A stretch of DNA of 26,213 bases from Sulfurimonadaceae bacterium. Its GTDB lineage: Bacteria > Campylobacterota > Campylobacteria > Campylobacterales > Sulfurimonadaceae. The stretch is from contig JBFESZ010000022.1 in NCBI GenBank assembly GCA_041548245.1, positions 1 to 26,213 on the forward strand, written 5' to 3'. Positions 1 to 8,307 of the stretch are shown here, piece by piece (within the stretch, counting starts at the first letter, position 1; every line of letters starts with the position of its first letter). The position numbers were made by a program, and so were the translations under genes. The notes below the pieces were generated by a model that saw nothing but the letters and a program-made list of their open reading frames with translations, had not been told where the DNA came from and did not search any database.

Positions 1-29
1 ACTGCTAATACTTTGTCGGCTAGATTCAT
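1..29 (-). CDS. 5' fragment of a CDS running off the left edge (MNLADKVLAV...), possibly Vibrio/Shewanella-type SAICAR synthetase PurC
   Basis: ATG at 29 on the minus strand preceded by AAAGGT. The ~10 visible residues resemble the recalled N-terminus of Vibrio-type PurC (MSLADQVLAV...). Too short to be sure. Confidence 0.4.
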
Positions 30-195
30 TATCAATACCTTTTTTGTGATCAAGTGCTCAAGAAATTTAAAAGTTTATTCTACCAAAACATAGATTTAGT
101 TCTGCTTCTTTAATATTAAGTTATTTAGAGGATATCAAGCTAATCTATATATAATGTCCATTAAATAAATAGTTATATATCAGGAAAAGATCACT

Positions 196-672
196 ATGAA
201 TAATATTCTTGAAAATGAAATAAATTCCTTTCGAACCCGATTCATGTCACATATTCCAGATGATTCACCCGATATTTCTTTACCAATATTAAAAGCCCAT
301 CTCTTAGCTGAAGAATTATTATCTGATTATATACACTTAAAAGTAAAGCATCCCAAACATCTTCAGCTAGAAAAAAATCATTGGAGCTTTATAAACAAAC
401 TTGAGTTAGCCTCTTCGCTAGCAAATGATCAACTTCAGAATATGTGGATTTGGACAGCACTTAACAAATTAAATGCTTTACGTAATAGGCTTAGTCATAG
501 TTTAGAACCTAAAGATATAGAAAAGAAAATCAATGAATTCAAGGAAGCTGTCAATCCATATGCTCCAAATCGTTATAAAGAAAATGAAATTACGATTTAT
601 GGCTATGTGCTCTTTGTCGTTAGTGGACTATTCATTGCCATAAAATCAGAAGAAGGAAAAATCACAAAATAA
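196..672 (+). CDS. Hypothetical helical protein with HEPN/MtlR-like RNxxxH motif
   Basis: 158-aa ORF with AGGA RBS upstream; motifs LKAHLLAEELL, SFINKL and LNALRNRLSH; visibly AT-rich. Confidence 0.7.
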   Translation: MNNILENEINSFRTRFMSHIPDDSPDISLPILKAHLLAEELLSDYIHLKVKHPKHLQLEKNHWSFINKLELASSLANDQLQNMWIWTALNKLNALRNRLSHSLEPKDIEKKINEFKEAVNPYAPNRYKENEITIYGYVLFVVSGLFIAIKSEEGKITK

Positions 673-697
673 GTCAAAAAAACAACTACAAACCATA

Positions 698-715
698 AGC
701 AATTTTTTGATTGCT
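698..715. terminator. Weak hairpin between convergent genes
   Basis: AGCAAT-tttttg-ATTGCT inverted repeat between the stops at 672 (+) and 727 (-). Confidence 0.3.
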
Positions 716-726
716 CATCTAAAATG

Positions 727-1266
727 TTATCCTATAAACTCCCGGATCATTCCAAGATACTCATTCAGGTTCTCAAAACGGTGGTTCCCACCCTCTTGTA
801 CGATCACCTGATAGTTCTCATAAAACTCAGCTGCCTTTTTGTAATCCAAGACCTCATCTTCTTTTTGAAGAAGCACTAATAGAGGTGACTTGATACTGTC
901 TTTTGAGATCGCATAACTAAAGAGTTTGTTGATATGCTCTTTACTCCATTCAAACTTCTCGCCGCTGCAGAAGAACTCGTTCGTACCTACATATGGAGCC
1001 AATGTCAAAAACGGCTGTGTCGAAGGATTCAGCAAGACAGCTTTGATTTGAAATCTTTCAGCAAAATAGGCTGCATAGAACCCACCTAAAGACGACCCGA
1101 TAAGAAGGTCTACATTATTGTCTAAGATAAGCTTTTGAATAAATGCAATTGCCTCATCAGGATCCACCGGGATATCCGGACATAGGACTCCGTCAAAGTT
1201 CTCACGCAGAAGTTGTGTCTTGTTTGAGTTGCCACACGAAGCAAAACCATGTATATAAAGTATCAT
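727..1266 (-). CDS. YqiA/YcfP-family alpha/beta-hydrolase (esterase)
   Basis: ILYIHGFAS, nucleophile elbow GSSLGG, D-EVLDY, GGNHRF. ATGA overlap with the upstream ABC ATPase. Confidence 0.9.
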   Translation of the reverse strand: MILYIHGFASCGNSNKTQLLRENFDGVLCPDIPVDPDEAIAFIQKLILDNNVDLLIGSSLGGFYAAYFAERFQIKAVLLNPSTQPFLTLAPYVGTNEFFCSGEKFEWSKEHINKLFSYAISKDSIKSPLLVLLQKEDEVLDYKKAAEFYENYQVIVQEGGNHRFENLNEYLGMIREFIG

Positions 1267-1832
1267 ATTAACTCGATTATTTCATCTGAACACCAAGCAG
1301 CAAGCTCATGTTCATGGGTGATTAAAAGCATCCCTACTTTATCAAGGTGCTTCAACAATAACTTCATGACATCCAGTTGTATCACATTATCCAAAGCAGA
1401 GGTCGGTTCATCCAAGAGCAACAGTTCTGGTTTCATCAAAAGTGCTCGTAGAATAGAGGCACGCTGAAGCTGTCCGCCGGAAAGCTCAAAGGGCTTCTTA
1501 TCCAGAAGGTCTTTGTCTAAACCCATCTCCTCAAGCAAGCCATCCATATCATCAATACAGGCCACATCATTGATCTGGTTAATGATAGAGTAGGAGTTAT
1601 GAAAGGAGCTGTAGGGGTCTTGAAACACCTGTGCAATACGCCCCGATTCAATCCTTCCCCTAAGTGGCTTCAAATTACCGACAATAAGTTCAAGCAAGGT
1701 ACTTTTCCCCGATCCGCTTGGACCGACTACCGTCTTGATCTCTCCTTTTTTTAACTCAAGTGAGAATGCCTTGTACAGAAGAGACTGCTTGTCATAGCCA
1801 AAATCAATATTCTCAATTTTCAATACGTTCAA
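1263..1832 (-). CDS. ABC transporter ATP-binding protein (DppF/OppF-like, short, no adjacent permease)
   Basis: Walker A GPSGSGKST, Q-loop VFQDPYSS, signature LSGGQLQR, Walker B LLLLDEPTSALD, H-switch ITHE. TTG start overlaps the proA stop (TTGA). Confidence 0.9.
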   Translation of the reverse strand: MNVLKIENIDFGYDKQSLLYKAFSLELKKGEIKTVVGPSGSGKSTLLELIVGNLKPLRGRIESGRIAQVFQDPYSSFHNSYSIINQINDVACIDDMDGLLEEMGLDKDLLDKKPFELSGGQLQRASILRALLMKPELLLLDEPTSALDNVIQLDVMKLLLKHLDKVGMLLITHEHELAAWCSDEIIELI

Positions 1833-3064
1833 GAGCGGATCTGTCCCGAACCATAAAGTTTAAACTTGTACGTCGTAAGTCCTTCAATACCCATAGGACC
1901 TCGAACATGCAACTTATTAGTACTGATCCCCACTTCTGCACCAAATCCAAAAGCACCCCCATCTGTAAAACGTGTCGATGCATTGACATAGACGGCAGCT
2001 GCATCAATACTGTTTAAGAACTTCTCCGCAACGGTATAGTTCTCTGTGATAATCGCTTCAGAATGCCCCGAACCATAGGTTCTTATATGCTCGATCGCGC
2101 CTTCGACACCTTCGACGACACGAATGTTTAAAATATTATCAAGATATTCGGTATGGAACTCCTTATCACCGGCATGTTCTGTCTGAATGATCTCCTGAGT
2201 AATTTCACACCCTTTTAGAAGAGTCCCTTTTGCATCAAAAGCCTCTTTTAGTTTTGGCAAAATAATAGGGGCAATCGTCGAACTGACTAAAAGTGTCTCC
2301 ATCGCATTACAGACACCCGGTCTATGTGTCTTTGCATTGATAGCGACCTTGATGGCCATATCAACTGAAGCATCTTTGTCAATATAGGTATGACACTGGC
2401 CCTTGTCATGTTTGACGACAGGTACAGAAGCATTGTCACAGACATAACGGATCAACCCCTCACCTCCCCGAGGTACGATAAGGTCGACATACTTATCCAT
2501 CTTGATAAGTTGTGCCACACCCTCACGCGAAGAATCCGGAAGCAGCGAGACCAAAGCAGCCGGAAGATGGTTTTTGACAAGAACATCCTGCAGGACTTTT
2601 GCGATAGCACGGTTCGAGTTCTCTGCCTCTTTACCGCCCTTTAGTATACAGATGTTTGAGCTTTTGAAACAAAGTGCAGCTGTATCTGAAGTCACATTGG
2701 GACGTGACTCATAGATAATACCGACAACTCCGATAGGTACAGTGACCTTCTCAATCTTTATACCGTTATCAAGTACCCAGCCGTCAAGTACGCGTCCCAC
2801 CGGTTCTTTAAGTGCCGATATCTCTCTAACACTTCTCGCCATATCATTGATACGACGCTCATCCAACAGGAGCCTGTCTTTCAAAGCAGATGTCAAGTTG
2901 TTTTTGTCGGCATCTGCCATATCAATCTGATTGGCTTTGATGATATCATCTTTGTTCTTTTCTAAGGCGTCTGCCATCTCATGAAGGATACGATTCTTTT
3001 CACCCCCGCCAAGCTCTGCAAAAACAGTACTTGCTGATTTAGCTTCTTCTAAAAATTTTTCCAT
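1829..3064 (-). CDS. proA: Glutamate-5-semialdehyde dehydrogenase (gamma-glutamyl phosphate reductase)
   Basis: IYESRPNVT, PRGGEGLI, catalytic GVCNAMETLL, HIRTYGSGHSEAI, NASTRFTDG, FGAEVGIST; 411 aa. Confidence 0.97.
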   Translation of the reverse strand: MEKFLEEAKSASTVFAELGGGEKNRILHEMADALEKNKDDIIKANQIDMADADKNNLTSALKDRLLLDERRINDMARSVREISALKEPVGRVLDGWVLDNGIKIEKVTVPIGVVGIIYESRPNVTSDTAALCFKSSNICILKGGKEAENSNRAIAKVLQDVLVKNHLPAALVSLLPDSSREGVAQLIKMDKYVDLIVPRGGEGLIRYVCDNASVPVVKHDKGQCHTYIDKDASVDMAIKVAINAKTHRPGVCNAMETLLVSSTIAPIILPKLKEAFDAKGTLLKGCEITQEIIQTEHAGDKEFHTEYLDNILNIRVVEGVEGAIEHIRTYGSGHSEAIITENYTVAEKFLNSIDAAAVYVNASTRFTDGGAFGFGAEVGISTNKLHVRGPMGIEGLTTYKFKLYGSGQIRS

Positions 3065-3172
3065 TATTGCCTCGTTTAGTGGATAGTCTGTATTTTGAAT
3101 AGGAGTTATTATATCGATATGAGTAAAAGAAACGACTTAAGATAAAAGTTTTTAGATGAGAGACAAAGCAGT

Positions 3173-3197
3173 AGTGAAGAAAGATCTTCTCTTCACT
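3173..3197 (-). terminator. Stem-loop at the 3' end of the ankyrin gene
   Basis: AGTGAAGA (3173-3180) / TCTTCACT (3190-3197) perfect 8-bp inverted repeat, touching the stop codon; U-tract weak. Confidence 0.45.
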
Positions 3198-3826
3198 TAG
3201 TTTAAAACAAGACGCTGAAGTGTCTGAATCGTCTTTGTCTCTTCTGCTTCCTTGGCTTCTTGAAGCGGTGTCATGCCTTCAGAGTTTTTCGCATTGATAT
3301 CGGCCCCTTGTTCGACTAAAAACTCAGATGCCTTGCTGTTGCCGATATATGCTGCCACATGTAGTGGCGTTGAGAGATCTTTGCTTTGCGCATTGATCTG
3401 TGCACCATTTTCAAGTAACAGTCTAATTGTCTCGATATCACCGCCTTCTGCCGCACGGTGAAGCGGTGTAATACCGTCCTTGCCTTTTGCATTGACATCA
3501 GCATTAGCACGAAGCAAAAAGACTATGGACTTTCTATCCCCATGAAAAGCTGAGATATGAAGTGCACTACGGCCATTTTTCATTCTGGCATTGATATTAG
3601 CACCCTTTTCAATAAGATACTTCAGTATCTCCGAGTTTTCAGTATAGGCAGCGATGTGAAGAGCTGTCTGCTGATATTCGTAGTTTTTTGCATTGATATC
3701 CTCGCCATTATCAAGGAGCTCTTTAACCTTTTCCAGATTTCCTTTTTCAACACTATCATGCAAGTCTGTCGCAAAAACAGATAGAGGTAACAGTGTGAGC
3801 ACTATCAGTAAACCAAGTTTCATCAT
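3197..3826 (-). CDS. Exported ankyrin-repeat protein (about 5 full repeats plus a partial one)
   Basis: Repeated T(P/A)LHxAA...GAxINA units. Start moved to ATG 3826 (or 3823) behind an AGGAG RBS, giving a signal-peptide-like MMKLGLLIVLTLLPLSVFA. Confidence 0.9.
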   Translation of the reverse strand: MMKLGLLIVLTLLPLSVFATDLHDSVEKGNLEKVKELLDNGEDINAKNYEYQQTALHIAAYTENSEILKYLIEKGANINARMKNGRSALHISAFHGDRKSIVFLLRANADVNAKGKDGITPLHRAAEGGDIETIRLLLENGAQINAQSKDLSTPLHVAAYIGNSKASEFLVEQGADINAKNSEGMTPLQEAKEAEETKTIQTLQRLVLN

Positions 3827-3942
3827 CGTTCTCCTATAAGAATTTATACTCATAATCTTAATGAAGTTTTGTAAATAATTGACTAATAGTTTATGTGTTT
3901 AGAAATTATATTTTGTTGTATGGGAAAACGGGAAGAGGAGCT

Positions 3943-3960
3943 GAGAGGCTAATACCTCTC
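3943..3960 (-). terminator. Hairpin just downstream of dnaK
   Basis: GAGAGG-ctaata-CCTCTC inverted repeat 7 nt after the dnaK stop, followed by a pyrimidine-rich tract on the minus strand. Confidence 0.4.
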
Positions 3961-3967
3961 TGCATAA

Positions 3968-5845
3968 TTATTCGATCTCAGCGTCGATAACGTCATCGTC
4001 AGCTTTTTTAGCTCCTGATGGCGCGCCTTCACCTTGTTCTTTAGCATACATCTGCTCTGCCATTTTGTGGCTAGCTTCTGTTAATGTTTTTACTTTAGAT
4101 TCGATCAGCTCTTTGCTTGCCGATTCATCTTTTAGTGTCTCTTTAAGATCAGCAATAGCATCTTCGATTGCTGTTTTTTCTTCAGCATCGATCTTGTCTG
4201 CCATCTCAGTCAAAGACTTCTCAGTCTGAGCGATCAGAGCATCTGCCTGATTACGAAGATCAACCATCTCTTTACGTTTTGCATCCTCAGCTTTGTTTTT
4301 CTCAGCATCTTGGATCATCTTTTCGATTTCTTCTTCACTTAGTCCTGAAGAACCAGTAATTTTGATCTCTTGAGACTTACCTGTACCCTTATCTTGCGCA
4401 GAAACGGTAAGAACACCATTCGCATCGATATCAAACGTTACTTCAATCTGAGGCACACCACGTGGCGCTGATGGAATACCAGAAAGCTCAAACAGACCTA
4501 ATGACTTATTGTCTTTAGCGAACTCACGCTCCCCTTGAACAACAGAGATAGATACTGCCGGCTGATTATCTTCAGCTGTTGAGAAGACCTGAGATTTCTT
4601 AACAGGGATCGTCGTACCTTTTTCAATAACCTTGGTTGCAACACCGCCAAGTGTCTCGATACCAAGTGAAAGAGGTGTAACGTCAAGAAGAAGAACATCT
4701 TTGACATCACCACGTAATACACCACCTTGAATAGCAGCACCTGCAGCAACAACCTCATCCGGGTTAACTGACTTATTAAGATCTTTTCCGCCGAAATATG
4801 CTGAAACCATCTCTTGTGCTTTTGGTACACGGATAGATCCACCGACCATGATAATCTCTTTGATATCGTCTTTTTCAAGATCTGCATCTTTCATCGCGAC
4901 TTTGATGTGATCAATAGTCTCTTCAACAAGTGATTCGATCATCCCTTCAAACTTAGCACGTGTCAATTTAACAACAAGGTGCTGAGGACCAGCTTCTGTC
5001 ATCGTGATGAACGGAAGGTTGATCTCTGTCTCAGTCGAAGAAGAAAGCTCTTTTTTCGCATTTTCAGCTGCATCTTTCAGACGCTGAAGTGCCATCTTGT
5101 CATTTTTAAGGTCTACCCCTTGATTTGCTTTAAAATCAGATGCCAAGAAATCAACGATCTTATTATCGAAGTCATCCCCACCCAGGAATGCATTACCGTC
5201 TGTTGAAAGTACTTCAAAGGTACCGTCAGAGATTTCAAGTGTCGTAACGTCAAATGTACCACCACCAAGGTCATATACCAAGACTGTCTCTTCTTCTTTC
5301 GAATCAAGACCGTAAGCCAGTGCAGAAGCCGTCGGCTCATTAATAATACGTAGAACATTAAGACCCGCGATCGCACCGGCTTCCTGAGTCGCTTTACGCT
5401 GTGCATCATTGAAGTAAGCAGGAACCGTAATAACAGCATCCGTCACTTTCTCACCTAAATATGCTTCTGCATCTTCTTTTAGTTTCGTAAGGATTTTTGC
5501 AGAGATCTCTTGTGGTGTATAGATAGTACCCGCAACATCGACAGCTGCCATACCGTTTTTATCAACGATATTATACGTTACCTTATCATGGGCTTCTTTG
5601 GCCTTTTCCTCGTTCATCATCAGACCCATAATACGTTTGACTGATGAGATCGTTTTATCTGGGTTTGTAATCGCCTGACGTTTTGCCGGATCACCGACAA
5701 GAACTTCGCCTTTATCTGTAAACGCGACTACCGATGGTGTCGTATTTTTACCCTCTTTATTTGGGATGATCTTTGCTTCACCACCTTCATAAACTGCAAC
5801 ACATGAGTTTGTTGTTCCTAAGTCGATTCCAATTACTTTTGACAT
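3968..5845 (-). CDS. dnaK: Molecular chaperone DnaK (Hsp70)
   Basis: [44 protein letters not shown]-terminal [17 protein letters not shown]. Confidence 0.99.
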   Translation of the reverse strand: MSKVIGIDLGTTNSCVAVYEGGEAKIIPNKEGKNTTPSVVAFTDKGEVLVGDPAKRQAITNPDKTISSVKRIMGLMMNEEKAKEAHDKVTYNIVDKNGMAAVDVAGTIYTPQEISAKILTKLKEDAEAYLGEKVTDAVITVPAYFNDAQRKATQEAGAIAGLNVLRIINEPTASALAYGLDSKEEETVLVYDLGGGTFDVTTLEISDGTFEVLSTDGNAFLGGDDFDNKIVDFLASDFKANQGVDLKNDKMALQRLKDAAENAKKELSSSTETEINLPFITMTEAGPQHLVVKLTRAKFEGMIESLVEETIDHIKVAMKDADLEKDDIKEIIMVGGSIRVPKAQEMVSAYFGGKDLNKSVNPDEVVAAGAAIQGGVLRGDVKDVLLLDVTPLSLGIETLGGVATKVIEKGTTIPVKKSQVFSTAEDNQPAVSISVVQGEREFAKDNKSLGLFELSGIPSAPRGVPQIEVTFDIDANGVLTVSAQDKGTGKSQEIKITGSSGLSEEEIEKMIQDAEKNKAEDAKRKEMVDLRNQADALIAQTEKSLTEMADKIDAEEKTAIEDAIADLKETLKDESASKELIESKVKTLTEASHKMAEQMYAKEQGEGAPSGAKKADDDVIDAEIE

Positions 5846-5871
5846 ATTGTCTCCTTTAAAAATCTATATAT

Positions 5872-6423
5872 TTAATTTGCTATTACGACCATTGCATCAC
5901 GCAATGTACGTTCTTTATATTTGTACCCTTTTTGAAAGGTACTGACAATCTGACCAGATTCATGATCTGGACTATCAACTTGCTGAACCGCATGATGAAC
6001 ATTCGGATCAAACTCTTCATCTTCGGATACCGGTGTGACACCGTGCTTTTCCAGAACACTTAAAAACTGTTTCATCGTAAGCTCAACACCCTCACTTACC
6101 TTTTCAAGCAAGACTTGCGGATCTGCATCGGAATCTTTTGCTTTGATTGCACCTTCCAAGGCATCAATCACAGGAATAAGGTCCTTTGCAAACTTTTCAT
6201 TAGAGTATTCTAATGCCTGATACTTCTCTTTTTCTAAACGTTTTTTAATATTTTCAAAATCAGCATGGACGCGATGATATCTGTCCTCACTCGCAGCCAA
6301 TGCCGCTTTTAAAGTTTCTAGTTCATTCTCTTCGGTCACTTCTTCAGAAGCTTCCTCTTGCGCTTCAATCTCTTCGTTTTCAGCATCAAGATTCTCAGCG
6401 TTCTCGTGTTCCTCTTGCGACAT
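5872..6423 (-). CDS. grpE: Nucleotide exchange factor GrpE
   Basis: ADFENIKKR, FAKDLIPVID, FDPNVHHAV, FQKGY. Start reassigned to ATG 6423 (MSQEEH) behind AAGGAGG; the track start at 6474 lies inside the promoter. Confidence 0.97.
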   Translation of the reverse strand: MSQEEHENAENLDAENEEIEAQEEASEEVTEENELETLKAALAASEDRYHRVHADFENIKKRLEKEKYQALEYSNEKFAKDLIPVIDALEGAIKAKDSDADPQVLLEKVSEGVELTMKQFLSVLEKHGVTPVSEDEEFDPNVHHAVQQVDSPDHESGQIVSTFQKGYKYKERTLRDAMVVIAN

Positions 6424-6454
6424 CAATGCGCCTCCTTTTTTATATTTCGGCAAT

Positions 6455-6484
6455 ATTATACATAATTGAGTCATTGAATGTCAA
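6455..6484 (-). promoter_or_regulatory. Sigma70-type promoter of grpE-dnaK
   Basis: Minus strand TTGACA (6484-6479) - 18 nt - TATAAT (6460-6455), ~30 nt upstream of the grpE start. Confidence 0.75.
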
Positions 6485-6485
6485 G
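6465..6485. promoter_or_regulatory. HAIR-like (HspR) operator 1
   Basis: ATTGAGT-N7-TGTCAAG versus the consensus CTTGAGT-N7-ACTCAAG (11/14); overlaps the -35 box. Confidence 0.7.
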
Positions 6486-6513
6486 TATAAACTAAACAAT
6501 TTTGCTTAATTAA

Positions 6514-6534
6514 CTTGATATTAATTGACTCAAC
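6514..6534. promoter_or_regulatory. HAIR-like (HspR) operator 2
   Basis: CTTGATA-N7-ACTCAAC versus CTTGAGT-N7-ACTCAAG (11/14), 49 bp from site 1. Confidence 0.7.
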
Positions 6535-6684
6535 TATTTTTCTCTAAAAGAACTCCTATGTCATGCACAGGCATAAAGGCCCTTAAGTCGTTAAAAAATT
6601 GTTTTGAATAAAATGAAATCAATAGTGAAATGTAGAAAAAGCGTGTGTGCCCAGATCAAGAAGTCAATAGATACCGCCTATATC

Positions 6685-6891
6685 CTACTTATTAGGTAAG
6701 ATATAGATACAGAAACTTCCGAATTCATTACGTAACTCAAACCTATGCTTTTTGCAGAATTCACTTCGCATCTGCTCCAATAATCTCTCTGCTTCTTCTT
6801 GCGCTTCTTCTTTATTATCAAAGCTCTGCTGTTCTGCAATAGCACGCTTTATAGCACAGGAACATGCGTTTTTTACTTCAACCGTATACAT
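6685..6891 (-). CDS. Small Cys/His protein (CSC ... FCKKH), putative metal binding
   Basis: 68 aa; AGGAG RBS in the 9-nt gap after the response regulator stop. Confidence 0.75.
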   Translation of the reverse strand: MYTVEVKNACSCAIKRAIAEQQSFDNKEEAQEEAERLLEQMRSEFCKKHRFELRNEFGSFCIYILPNK

Positions 6892-6900
6892 AAAACTCCT

Positions 6901-8235
6901 TTAAAAATCAAAAATGTCATCGAGGTCACTCTCCTCATCGTTCAAGCCATCGTCTTTCAGCATTGAAATAATAGTTTGCGTATTTGCTACAATCGTGTCA
7001 TTCATAAAGTCCGCTGAAGGTGCACCCTCTTCGAAGGTCATTTTGGCCCAGGTCTGTAAGTCAGAAACAAATGCCCCGCTTATATCGGATAGGTCTTTTT
7101 CAATCTCCATGAAACGCTGCATGTGTGAAAATATCTCACTGCTTAGGTTCAAAAGTGATTTACCTATGGGAAAGCTTTGCGTATAGATTCTCAGACGTTT
7201 ACCCAGTACATCAAGCAAGCCGGCAATCTGTTGGATATCATCCTCATTTAATCGGGAACTGCCCAGCATAAGCATTAACGAGCTCAGATCCCCTAAATAT
7301 TCATACATGTCCAATAGATCGTCATGGTCCATGTAGTTAAAGACCTGATACTCTTGTATATTTGTCTGAGCGATTTGAATATCCTGATCTTTGACATTAA
7401 TCATTGTCTCGGCAGCTTTCACCGTCTCAAAAGACGGCCTATCTTCCTCTGCAATAATACTGATTATTTTCTCAAGTCGAAAACTTATCTTTTCCCTGAT
7501 GGACTTGAATGTCTTGACCTCTTTGTTCTTTTGTATAATGAGCTTGACGATACTCTCATCAATCGCATCGAGCTTGTTGAGTGTAAAATAGATAGCATCA
7601 TTATCAGCTTCTACAATAATCCATGGTTTTTGGGAAGCTTTGACGACAGCATCCCCTAACGCATAGACTGCACGCACGACATCAGAGAGTCCATCGACTT
7701 TCGTTGATTCATCACCTAGAAGATAATATTCCCAAAACTCTGACAAGGCCTCATCATTTTCCACATAAAAAATCGTTTGTCGATGGAAGACCTCTTTCGT
7801 ATAAAGGTTGACGGATTTTTCGTTGCCAAGCTTTTCGATCTGATGACGTTTGGGCAAAAGTGAAAAATAGTTCTCTAAACGCGCATATAACAGTTCGGTG
7901 TCCAACGGCTTGGAGACATAATCTTCCGCTCCGCAGCGTAAAATCTCTTTTTGTCTTTTATCATCATCAACCGCCGATACTGCGATGATCATAACTTCTT
8001 TATCGTGTTCACGTATCTTTGTCGTTGCCTCAATACCATCCATCACTGGCATCATGATATCCATAAAGATCAGATCGTATTTTATTTCCTGTGACTTATT
8101 AAGTGCTTCCAGCCCGTTAGCACATTCATCAATCTCACACTCTATGATCTGACGACTTGCATTGTATTCTTGCACAAGAAGGGATAAGAGCATTCTGTTA
8201 TTGGCATTATCATCAACAATCAAAATCTTCATCAC
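6901..8235 (-). CDS. Response regulator: N-terminal REC domain plus unrecognised ~320-aa C-terminal region
   Basis: ILIVDD, DLIFMDIMMPVMDG, IIAVSA, YVSKP; ends in acidic DEESDLDDIFDF. Start at GTG 8235 or ATG 8232. Confidence 0.88.
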   Translation of the reverse strand: MMKILIVDDNANNRMLLSLLVQEYNASRQIIECEIDECANGLEALNKSQEIKYDLIFMDIMMPVMDGIEATTKIREHDKEVMIIAVSAVDDDKRQKEILRCGAEDYVSKPLDTELLYARLENYFSLLPKRHQIEKLGNEKSVNLYTKEVFHRQTIFYVENDEALSEFWEYYLLGDESTKVDGLSDVVRAVYALGDAVVKASQKPWIIVEADNDAIYFTLNKLDAIDESIVKLIIQKNKEVKTFKSIREKISFRLEKIISIIAEEDRPSFETVKAAETMINVKDQDIQIAQTNIQEYQVFNYMDHDDLLDMYEYLGDLSSLMLMLGSSRLNEDDIQQIAGLLDVLGKRLRIYTQSFPIGKSLLNLSSEIFSHMQRFMEIEKDLSDISGAFVSDLQTWAKMTFEEGAPSADFMNDTIVANTQTIISMLKDDGLNDEESDLDDIFDF

Positions 8236-8307
8236 AGAGGCCTTTTATACATATAACTATGTCAATAGAATAACATAATTTATACAATTTTATTCGTTTT
8301 CAACGAA

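Noticed and set aside
3197-3780. Periodic DNA similarity (gcattgat... about every 99 bp) as a CRISPR or tandem repeat
   Set aside because: Explained by the 33-aa ankyrin repeat coding.
6424-6474. N-terminal extension of GrpE given by the ORF track (likewise RpsO 21160-21222, Rrf2 21310-21354, ankyrin 3827-3853)
   Set aside because: Each extension covers the RBS (and in most cases a -10 box) of a better downstream ATG.
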